From positions 1-16,725 of the forward strand of contig JBDRNJ010000090.1 in assembly GCA_043811375.1 (NCBI GenBank): a stretch of 16,725 bases of DNA. Direction: 5' to 3'. The position numbers and the translations under genes were made by a program. Of this stretch, positions 8,452 through 15,886 are shown piece after piece. Numbering within the stretch: position 1 is the stretch's first letter; every line of letters begins with the position of its first letter. The DNA comes from a bacterium. Its GTDB lineage: Bacteria; Zixibacteria; MSB-5A5; GN15; FEB-12. Under the pieces are notes generated by a model. It had not been told where the DNA came from. It saw only the letters and a list, made by a program, of their open reading frames with translations, and made no database searches.

Positions 8452-9384
8452 ATGAGCGGACTGCAAATACTGTTGTACCTGTCGGTTCTTTTCTTCACGG
8501 TGGTGGTGGCCGCCAAAATGATCAGAATCGCCCTCATGCCAGTTCACCTGCGCTGGGATCTGTATCCCATTCCGCATGAAAAGGGAAAAGGCAAATATGG
8601 CGGGTCCTACTTTGAAGAAGTTGACTGGTGGAACAAACCGAATGATTTCTCATTATTCAGCGAACTGAAAGAGATGGGCAAGGAGATTTTCTTCCTGCAT
8701 TCGGTTTGGGAACACAATCGCCCCCTGTGGGTTTTCTCTTTCCCCTTCCATATCGGTATGTATAGTCTGATCGGTTTTCTGTTTCTGCTGGTGTTGGGAG
8801 CCATATTGGAAGCGACGGGGATCGCCGTCACGTCGGCTTCTTCGAGCGTTCCGGGTGTCGCTCTGCACTACCTGACAATCGTTATGGGCGCAGTGGGCTG
8901 GGTACTAAGTATTTTCGGCGCCTTTGGCCTGCTTCTCAGTCGAGCTTTCGGTAGAGATCTGCAAGGCTCGTCGGTTTTCTCCGATTACGTCAACCTGGTT
9001 TTCCTGCTGGCAGTTTTTGTCGCGGGTTTTCTCTCCTGGGTAACGACGGACCCCGATTACGCGGCGCTTCGGGGATTTGTCCAGGCTCTGATAACATTCT
9101 CTCCGGCCACCTCGCTACCCACGATAACAGCCCTGCAGTTGTGGCTGGCGGCGGGACTGCTGGTTTATTTCCCTTTCACTCACATGACCCACGTTTTTGC
9201 CAAGTACTTCACCTATCACAGTGTCAGGTGGGAAGACAAACCCAATCTACCGGGTTCGAAACTGGAAAAAGAGATCAGTAAAACCCTGGGATACCGGGTC
9301 ACCTGGGCAGCGTCCCACATCAAGTCCGGCGCTACCTGGGCCGAAGCTGCTACCGCTGGTGAGCAAGAGGACAAAGATGAATAA
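8452..9384 (+). CDS. DsrM/HmeC-like (NarI-family) integral membrane cytochrome b subunit
   Basis: GGAGG RBS at 8442-8446 before ATG 8452; about six hydrophobic helices; LRWDLYPIPHE..YGGSYFEEVDWW, FPFHIG and YFPFTHMTH motifs; overlaps the downstream Fe-S gene. Confidence 0.85.
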   Translation: MSGLQILLYLSVLFFTVVVAAKMIRIALMPVHLRWDLYPIPHEKGKGKYGGSYFEEVDWWNKPNDFSLFSELKEMGKEIFFLHSVWEHNRPLWVFSFPFHIGMYSLIGFLFLLVLGAILEATGIAVTSASSSVPGVALHYLTIVMGAVGWVLSIFGAFGLLLSRAFGRDLQGSSVFSDYVNLVFLLAVFVAGFLSWVTTDPDYAALRGFVQALITFSPATSLPTITALQLWLAAGLLVYFPFTHMTHVFAKYFTYHSVRWEDKPNLPGSKLEKEISKTLGYRVTWAASHIKSGATWAEAATAGEQEDKDE

Positions 9385-10990
9385 AGACAAGACAACACTG
9401 CGTGATTTCATTCATAAACCGGGGCAGTTGGTAAACCTGGATCACTCGAAATTCCTGCCCCTGCCGCCCCCCTACGACAAGGCCTATCTGGAGCCCGCCA
9501 TCAAACCACTGTCCGAGGAAAGAAAACAACAACTCGAATGCGATCTTGATGGTGTCAGTGGTTTCAAGTTTCCTCGTCCCCAGACTGAGGATGAAAAGCG
9601 CCAACTGGTAGAGAAGTTTCTCTCCGGTTTGAAGAAGCTGTTCGAACGAGAGAATAACTGGACTTTCAGGCAGACGCTGTTTTTGACGATGGAGTATTGC
9701 GTCCGTTGCCAGACCTGTGCCTCGGCTTGTCCTATCTTTGAGGAATCGGGCCAACAGGAAATCTATCGCCCCACTTTTCGCGCCGATATCCTGCGGCGCC
9801 TGTACAAGAAATATGTCAAGCCCGGCGGTAAGTTCTTCGCTAAAATCTCCGGCAATGACATTGACGTCACCTGGACTATGGTGGCCCGGCTGATGGAACT
9901 GAGTTACCGCTGCACTATCTGCCGCCGTTGCGCTCAGAACTGTCCTGTCGGCGCCGACAACGGCCTGGTTACCCGCGAGTTACGTAAGATATTCAGCCAG
10001 GAAATGGGTATTACCGTCGAGCCCCTTCACAAAAAGGGCTCCGTGCAGCAACTGAAAGTTGGTTCTTCGACCGGTATGTCACCGGAGCCATTCCTGGACA
10101 ACATCGAATTCCTGGAAGAGGATGTCGAAGATCAGACCGGCAAAAAGTTCAAGTGGCCGATGGACAAGGCCGGCGCCGAGATACTGCTGATCCACAACGC
10201 CGGTGAGTTTCTGGCCTGGCCGGAAAACCCCGAGGCGTTCGCCATTATCCTCGAAGCCGCCGGTATTGACTACACCCTGTCCAGTGAACTGGTCGCCTAC
10301 GATGGTGTCAATTACGGTGTCTGGTACGATGATGTACAGTTTGCCAAAGTGGCCTTAAAACATATCGAGGCCGCCAAGAAACTGGGTGTCAAGAAGATCG
10401 TCATCGGCGAATGTGGCCACGCCCACAAAGCTCTTTCAGTTATCGCCGATAGGATCTTAACCGGTGATTTCAACATCCCGCGGGAAAGCTCCATGACCCT
10501 CCTGCGCGATATCGTCAGGAGCGGACGCTTGAAACTGGACGCCTCCCGCAACGATGATATCACTACCACACTGCACGATCCGTGCAACCTGGTGCGGTTG
10601 ATGGGTGTCGTTCAACCACAGCGGGAAGTCCTCAGAGCCGTCAGCAATCATTTCCGGGAAATGGAGCCTCACGGTGTTAGAAATTACTGCTGCGGCGGCG
10701 GCAGTGGTTTCGCCATTACCCAGGACCTGAACTTCCCCGACTGGAGGCAGAGTCTGTCCAGCCGGGCCAAATTGCGCCAGGTTCTCGATGTTTTCCAGGA
10801 TATTATCGGCCCGGAGCACAAGAAGTATGTCTGCGCCCCCTGTTCCAACTGCAAGGGGGCCATACGGGACCTGTTTGCCGCCTATGGGCTGTTCGAGCGC
10901 TGCAACATTTTCTATGGTGGGCTGGTGGAACTGGTAGTCAACGCCATGGTCGATATTGAAAAACCGTTCCTCGAGTGGGAATGGCATTGA
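9377..10990 (+). CDS. DsrK/HmeD-like (HdrD-type) Fe-S oxidoreductase with CCG domain
   Basis: Two ferredoxin-type motifs CVRCQTCASACP and CTICRRCAQNCP; ECGHA; C-terminal CCG domain HDPC...YCCGGGSG...CAPCSNC. ATG 9377 overlaps the upstream stop (ATGAATAA) with GAGG upstream; 537 aa. Confidence 0.88.
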   Translation: MNKDKTTLRDFIHKPGQLVNLDHSKFLPLPPPYDKAYLEPAIKPLSEERKQQLECDLDGVSGFKFPRPQTEDEKRQLVEKFLSGLKKLFERENNWTFRQTLFLTMEYCVRCQTCASACPIFEESGQQEIYRPTFRADILRRLYKKYVKPGGKFFAKISGNDIDVTWTMVARLMELSYRCTICRRCAQNCPVGADNGLVTRELRKIFSQEMGITVEPLHKKGSVQQLKVGSSTGMSPEPFLDNIEFLEEDVEDQTGKKFKWPMDKAGAEILLIHNAGEFLAWPENPEAFAIILEAAGIDYTLSSELVAYDGVNYGVWYDDVQFAKVALKHIEAAKKLGVKKIVIGECGHAHKALSVIADRILTGDFNIPRESSMTLLRDIVRSGRLKLDASRNDDITTTLHDPCNLVRLMGVVQPQREVLRAVSNHFREMEPHGVRNYCCGGGSGFAITQDLNFPDWRQSLSSRAKLRQVLDVFQDIIGPEHKKYVCAPCSNCKGAIRDLFAAYGLFERCNIFYGGLVELVVNAMVDIEKPFLEWEWH

Positions 10991-11135
10991 CATGAAAGAC
11001 GGTATCTACCGGACTGATAAAGTCAGCGATGACGGATACAATAAATGCCGCTTGCGGCCGGCTTGCCGCTCGGAACCGCAGGGGGGTCCAACTTTTTCCA
11101 TTCTGAATTTCTCTGAGCACTAAAAGGAAGATAAA

Positions 11136-11177
11136 AAAAAGACTGGCCGAGACGGGTAATTAATGGCCAGTCTTTTT
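11136..11177. terminator. Probable bidirectional intrinsic terminator between convergent dsrK-like and divIVA-like genes
   Basis: AAAAAGACTGGCC (11136-11148) and GGCCAGTCTTTTT (11165-11177) form an inverted repeat with A/T tracts on both sides; the 16-nt loop is large for a terminator. Confidence 0.7.
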
Positions 11178-11196
11178 GTGTTAGGTGGGAATAATC

Positions 11197-12219
11197 TCAG
11201 TTTTGCTCGGCTTTATCCATTTCTTCCTCGAACCTGGCCACAACCTTATCCAATTCCTTGGCCAGGTTTTCCTGTGTCCCATCCGGCCCGTCCGCTGGGG
11301 GATCAGCAGTAATTTTGCCATCGGTCGGGGGTTGTTGAACCACTGATACCTCGGCATCATCGTGGGGAGTCGCAATTTTATCGGTCGCGCCGGTCCGGGT
11401 CCCTACAGTATCGACAGAGATAAAATCCGGGGGGACGTCTTCAGCTCGCGCCGTCGTTTCAAACATCTCACCGGGCAACGGCACCGGCTCGGGAGGCATT
11501 GACGTATCCATCGGAGAAGAGTCCGGTGTTTCCTTCTTGTATTGATATTTCTCAAGGGCCGCCGCCAACTCGGGGTCAACGGCTCCCTCGGTGTTTTCAT
11601 TGCTATCGGGATCCGCGGTTGTGTCCGCCGGTACTATGGTGTCGGCCGCATTGGCTTCCTCGGTACGGATCGGCCGCAGCTTTTCCGGTCGGCTGCCAAC
11701 CGTCTCCCGCTTCCGACGGCTGACTTCACTCGAAGCCGTGACTTCCAATCCGGCGTCTTCGGTGTCACTATCTTTGCCGGTCACCTCGCCCAGGAGATCC
11801 AGATGTGATTTAATCAGGCTGTGCAGTTTGGACAGATATGATTTCTTCGTCCTCTGCAACTTGACGATTTCTTCCTCGATCGTGTGCACTTTCCGGGCAC
11901 GCATGCCGATGATCTCCGAGACCTCAGTCCTGGCCCGCGAAACAATCAGTTCCGCTTCACTTTTGGCGTTGGCAACGGTCATGTCGGCATTGCGTCTGGC
12001 ATCGATAGCGGCATTCTTGATTGTATCCTCAAACTGCCGCAACCCTGACAACTGCACCTTAACCGAGTCTATTTCCATCGAGAGCTTGTGGTTCTCCTGT
12101 TTGAGGGCTTCCATTGCAGCCGCTATATGCTCCAGAAAGTTGTCGACATCTTCCCTGACGTATCCGCGCATCTGTGTCGAAAACTCGTAGTTCCTGACGT
12201 CGTTGGGTGACAGGTCCAT
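11197..12219 (-). CDS. DivIVA-domain protein with coiled coil and long acidic/Pro-rich C-terminal tail
   Basis: MDLSPNDVRNYEFSTQMRGYVREDVDNFL matches the DivIVA N-terminal signature (LTPxDI...F...RGY...EVD.FL), followed by a coiled coil (ANAKSEAELIV). Start placed at ATG 12219; lies downstream of yggS. Confidence 0.88.
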   Translation of the reverse strand: MDLSPNDVRNYEFSTQMRGYVREDVDNFLEHIAAAMEALKQENHKLSMEIDSVKVQLSGLRQFEDTIKNAAIDARRNADMTVANAKSEAELIVSRARTEVSEIIGMRARKVHTIEEEIVKLQRTKKSYLSKLHSLIKSHLDLLGEVTGKDSDTEDAGLEVTASSEVSRRKRETVGSRPEKLRPIRTEEANAADTIVPADTTADPDSNENTEGAVDPELAAALEKYQYKKETPDSSPMDTSMPPEPVPLPGEMFETTARAEDVPPDFISVDTVGTRTGATDKIATPHDDAEVSVVQQPPTDGKITADPPADGPDGTQENLAKELDKVVARFEEEMDKAEQN

Positions 12220-12323
12220 GGATATCTCTCTCATCTAAAGGTTCATATCTTTTGCCAACGCAACCTGTCAACGACAGGCTGCCGGTTTTTCCGCCGGAGA
12301 CAAGTCACCGGCTTACATATACT

Positions 12324-12351
12324 GTATCGGGAGTTTCTGTAAAAAAATTGA
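12324..12351 (-). promoter_or_regulatory. Possible sigma28 (FliA/SigD)-type promoter for the divIVA-like gene
   Basis: Minus strand TCAA (12351-12348), 16 nt spacer, CCCGATAC (12331-12324), versus consensus TAAA-N15/16-GCCGATAA. Confidence 0.4.
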
Positions 12352-12395
12352 GCAGAAATGCGGTAACTTTCAGCGGACCGAAACAGACCGTGGGG

Positions 12396-13088
12396 TCAAA
12401 CCGACGGTCGCTGTCCAAACAGAGTTGTGCCCACCCGGATCATGGTGGCGCCTGCGGCGATGGCCGGCGCGAAATCGCCGGACATGCCCATAGAAAGGGT
12501 ATCAAAATCATCGCCGGTAATATCTCGTGCCTGCTTAAACAACTCCCGACAGAGGTGAAAGGACCGGCGTACAACATCTTTGTCATCGGTCAACGGGCCA
12601 ATTGTCATCAGGCCGGTCAGTTTGACGTAGTCAAGGGCATGAGCCTGGCGCACTAAATTAAGGCATTCATCGGGACTGACACCATACTTGTGGTTCTCAC
12701 CGGAGCTGTTCAGTTGGACATAACATTCGATTGTGCGGTTTATCAGACCGGCTTGCCGGTTGATCTCCCAGGCCAGCTTGAACGAGTCCACTGACTGGAT
12801 AACATCAAAAAGCGCCACCGCTTTTCTGACCTTGTTGGTCTGCAGATGGCCTATCATGTGAAAGCGTGCAATGGGACCGAGTTCGGTGATTTTCGGCTCC
12901 GCCTCCTGGATACGGCTTTCACCTATCTCATGAAGTCCGGCTGCCACGGCGGTTCTTATAACAGCCGGAGGGTGAGTTTTGGTAACGGCAACAATTGAGA
13001 TGTCATCAGCGTCGCGGTCGGACTGCTCACACGCTTCAGCAATCCGCCCGCGCAACTCCATGAGGTTGCGGGATAAAAGGTCCTTCAT
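12396..13088 (-). CDS. yggS: YggS/PLPBP family pyridoxal-phosphate homeostasis protein
   Basis: VAVTKT (PLP Lys), IGESRIQE, HMIGHLQTNKV, IQSVDS, GLMTIG, LSMGMSGDF, GATMIRVGT. Confidence 0.96.
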   Translation of the reverse strand: MKDLLSRNLMELRGRIAEACEQSDRDADDISIVAVTKTHPPAVIRTAVAAGLHEIGESRIQEAEPKITELGPIARFHMIGHLQTNKVRKAVALFDVIQSVDSFKLAWEINRQAGLINRTIECYVQLNSSGENHKYGVSPDECLNLVRQAHALDYVKLTGLMTIGPLTDDKDVVRRSFHLCRELFKQARDITGDDFDTLSMGMSGDFAPAIAAGATMIRVGTTLFGQRPSV

Positions 13089-13203
13089 CGGTTGAAAGTA
13101 AGTTATGGCGAAAACACCGGCCAGAGCAAGGAAATTGTGCCCTGGTCGTCAGTGTTGCACGACACCGTTACTGCCTGCCGGGCAGGCGCTGACCCGCGAC
13201 CCG

Positions 13204-14397
13204 TCATGCCATCGCTATCTGGGTCTGCTCCTGGGCAATGGCCGGGTCCTGGTAGTTTTCCGGGATCACGATCGGTTCATCGACCGGCAGGGTCGGTTGC
13301 ACCAACTCGGACGGCACATACTGCGATTCCATACCGGCCATAGCTTCGTCAACTTGGTTGAAGAAACTGTCGATAGCGCCCAGCAGGTGCTCGCGTCCGG
13401 TATCGATCATAACCTCCGACATACCCAGCTCCTCGGCAGCCATATCAAAGAACTGGTTGACTTTGTCCACCAACTGCTCTTCGGCACTACCAAGATAGCC
13501 GTCTACGGCATCGAAGAAGGCCGCCATCATTCCCGGTGTACCCATTTCGGCAACGTTACCGGCCGAGGTGATATAGTTGCCCAGCGACTCGGGCGCCTGG
13601 ACGGTGACATCCTGAGTCTGGGCGTTGAACCGCTCCAGGAATGAGAAATTGAAACTGGTGTCCATCTGGAACCGGTAGGCGAACTTGTTCACCGTCCGGC
13701 GGTAATCGTCATGGTAAGTCTCTTTCATCGACTGCATCATGCTGGTGGACTGACGGTGAAAACCCTGGGCGGCAAAGTTGCGGCCCTGGACGCCGATCTG
13801 CATCGCCCGGCGGGCTCCCATCAGCGAGCGGTGAGCGATATGACCCTTAGTCTGAAGGGCACCCTCGGAAGCGGGCATGTTGGTTTCGATGAATTGCTTG
13901 CCCTTGATATCAAGAGCCGCCTTCAGACCAAAACCGGCAGCCGAGAACTGCTCCACCGACTGAACATTTCCCTCAGATAACTGCTCAACGGTCCGGCTGA
14001 TTGCCTGCATATCAAAACCCAGGTCCAGCTGGTAGTTCAACTTCGCCCGTCGGCGAAAGAAATATGTCGCCGCCGATGCTTCCGGTTCACCTTCAACCGG
14101 CACCAATGCATCATCAGCAGGAACCGGTACTTCGTCGGCCGTCTCATCCAACGGGACAACCGGCGTCGCGGGGGGGTCTATAGGATCGGTGCCGGCCAGG
14201 TTCGGCAACTGTGTCGATGTGGACGGCAGAAACTGGTCTACCGGCTGCGGTGTGAGCGGACTATTCACCGGCTCCTGACCGGTGTACAGTGATTCACGAT
14301 ACCGACCATCAAGCTGCTCTGACATGTTGAAGTACCGCATCTGCAGATTTCGCGCGGCAAGAGAAATAAGATCGTAAATTCCCATCATTAACCCCAT
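13204..14397 (-). CDS. Hypothetical protein, 397 aa, no family recognised
   Basis: Long ORF that fills the gap between yggS and alr; Pro/acidic linker segments near both ends and a helical acidic region near the C-terminus. The exact start is uncertain (several Met codons). Confidence 0.75.
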   Translation of the reverse strand: MGLMMGIYDLISLAARNLQMRYFNMSEQLDGRYRESLYTGQEPVNSPLTPQPVDQFLPSTSTQLPNLAGTDPIDPPATPVVPLDETADEVPVPADDALVPVEGEPEASAATYFFRRRAKLNYQLDLGFDMQAISRTVEQLSEGNVQSVEQFSAAGFGLKAALDIKGKQFIETNMPASEGALQTKGHIAHRSLMGARRAMQIGVQGRNFAAQGFHRQSTSMMQSMKETYHDDYRRTVNKFAYRFQMDTSFNFSFLERFNAQTQDVTVQAPESLGNYITSAGNVAEMGTPGMMAAFFDAVDGYLGSAEEQLVDKVNQFFDMAAEELGMSEVMIDTGREHLLGAIDSFFNQVDEAMAGMESQYVPSELVQPTLPVDEPIVIPENYQDPAIAQEQTQIAMA

Positions 14398-14424
14398 GTT
14401 TGAGACTGCTGTTACTTACGCATT

Positions 14425-14450
14425 TTATCGGCAGAATTGCTGAGTCTTAC
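14425..14450 (-). promoter_or_regulatory. Putative sigma28-type promoter for the 397-aa hypothetical gene
   Basis: Minus strand perfect GCCGATAA (14432-14425), 27 nt upstream of ATG 14397; GTAAG lies 13 nt further upstream as a weak -35. Confidence 0.55.
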
Positions 14451-14543
14451 AGTATCCCCGGTATTCTTTTGTGACCTGGTAAGCTCATACTCCCCCCCAT
14501 CTTTTTTGCTCGCACCGGCCCCGTAGTGAGCGTAAATTGCGAC

Positions 14544-15698
14544 ATGGATACTTCGCACCTGCTGAACTGGATCGAGTTGTCGCGTTCGGCCCTGCGGCAC
14601 AACGTTCGCTCACTGGCTCGACTGGCCGTCGGCAGGAAGCTGGCGGTGTCGGTCAAAGCCAACGCCTACGGTCATGGACTAAGGCAGATCGTACCGATGC
14701 TGGCCCGTCTGAGGGAAGTTGACTATGTTACTGTTCATTCACTTGAGGAGGCCATCGCCTGTCGTGACAGTGGCTGGAATCGGCGCCTGATGCTCCTGGG
14801 GCCGTTCCCTCCCGGCGGCAGCGAAGTGGTCATGGAATACGACCTGGAGCCGGTGATATGCGACCGTCGGGCTCTGACCGAACTGGGTAAAACCGCCGAC
14901 CGCCAGGGCCGTAAAATCAAAACCCACCTGAAACTGGAGACGGGTACGAACCGGCAGGGAATAACCGAAAAGGAACTGCCGGTCATTGCCGATCTTTATA
15001 AGCGTTTCCACAGTCTGCAAAAACCTTATGGCGCCGCTATGCATTTTGCCAATATCGAGGACACCACCAACCACGAATACTCTCGCTTTCAACTGGCCGG
15101 TTTCAGGAAGTTGCTGGCGACCATGACAAGGCTGGGGATCAAACCGACCATGCGCCACGCCGCCTGCTCGGCGGCGATGATCCTTTTTGAAAAGACTCGC
15201 TTCCAACTGGTGCGACCCGGTATTGCCGCCTACGGCCACTGGCCGTCAAAGGAAACATACCTCTCTTACAGACTGCAAGGGGGACATAATGATCTTTTCC
15301 AGCCGGTGCTGACCTGGAAAACCCGGATCACCCAACTCAAGCAGCTTCCGGCCGATGCCTTTGTCGGCTACGGTTGCACATATCGCACTACCTCCCCCAC
15401 GCGGCTGGCCGTGCTACCGGTGGGTTATTCCGATGGACTGGACCGGGGTCTGTCCAACCGGGCTCATGTCCTGATCAGGGGCAGGAGAGCTCCCGTACGG
15501 GGACGGGTCTGTATGAATCTGACGATGGTTGATGTGACCGACATAAAAGGCGCTCGGCAGGGTGATGAAGTCACGGTGATTGGCCGCAGCAGCGATGAGG
15601 TAATCTCCGCGGAAATGTTGGCACAATGGGCCGAGACTATTAACTATGAAGTACTTGCCCGTCTTTCACCAGCTACTTTCAGATACTCTGCCCCCTGA
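14544..15698 (+). CDS. alr: Alanine racemase
   Basis: VKANAYGHG (PLP Lys), HLKLETGTNRQG, HFA, VRPGIAAYG, VGYGCTY (catalytic Tyr), PVGYSDG, GRVCMN, TINYE. Start taken at ATG 14544 (ORF track uses GTG 14526). Confidence 0.95.
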   Translation: MDTSHLLNWIELSRSALRHNVRSLARLAVGRKLAVSVKANAYGHGLRQIVPMLARLREVDYVTVHSLEEAIACRDSGWNRRLMLLGPFPPGGSEVVMEYDLEPVICDRRALTELGKTADRQGRKIKTHLKLETGTNRQGITEKELPVIADLYKRFHSLQKPYGAAMHFANIEDTTNHEYSRFQLAGFRKLLATMTRLGIKPTMRHAACSAAMILFEKTRFQLVRPGIAAYGHWPSKETYLSYRLQGGHNDLFQPVLTWKTRITQLKQLPADAFVGYGCTYRTTSPTRLAVLPVGYSDGLDRGLSNRAHVLIRGRRAPVRGRVCMNLTMVDVTDIKGARQGDEVTVIGRSSDEVISAEMLAQWAETINYEVLARLSPATFRYSAP

Positions 15699-15801
15699 GC
15701 AAGCATTACCGACAAACTTTTTTACCACTTTTTCGATTGTCTAATTCATTGCACTGGTTGGAGTTTTAATTGGATTTGGCGGCAGTTCTCAGCAATTTCA
15801 C

Positions 15802-15830
15802 TTGACACCGATAACAGCGGCAAGTATCAT
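15802..15830 (+). promoter_or_regulatory. sigma70 promoter of rex
   Basis: TTGACA (15802-15807), 17 nt spacer, TATCAT (15825-15830). Confidence 0.85.
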
Positions 15831-15832
15831 CT

Positions 15833-15850
15833 TTGTGAAGCATTTCACAT
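15833..15850. promoter_or_regulatory. Rex operator (autoregulatory) overlapping the predicted transcription start
   Basis: TTGTGAA-GCAT-TTCACAT, one mismatch to the Rex consensus, beginning 3 nt after the -10. Confidence 0.85.
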
Positions 15851-15886
15851 GAGTGATCTGTACAAGCATGGATTAAAGGAACGATA

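Noticed and set aside
9197..9376. 60-aa N-terminal extension of the Fe-S protein in the ORF track (597 aa)
   Set aside because: It overlaps the dsrM-like gene by 188 nt; ATG 9377 has an RBS and typical stop/start coupling.
8452..9384. Calling this gene a true nitrate reductase gamma subunit (narI)
   Set aside because: No narGHJ nearby, and the partner is a CCG-domain DsrK-like protein.
10988..11100. TGA stop of the dsrK-like gene as a selenocysteine codon with a downstream SECIS
   Set aside because: The protein already appears complete (ends EWEWH), the frame closes again at TAA 11018-11020, and no convincing SECIS hairpin directly follows.
14435..15814. CTCAGCAATT shared by the sigma28-like promoter (minus strand) and the rex upstream region, plus ACCGATAA at 15807-15814
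   Set aside because: Spacing to the CCGATAA element differs, the sigma70 promoter already explains the rex region, and a 10-mer match is within chance.
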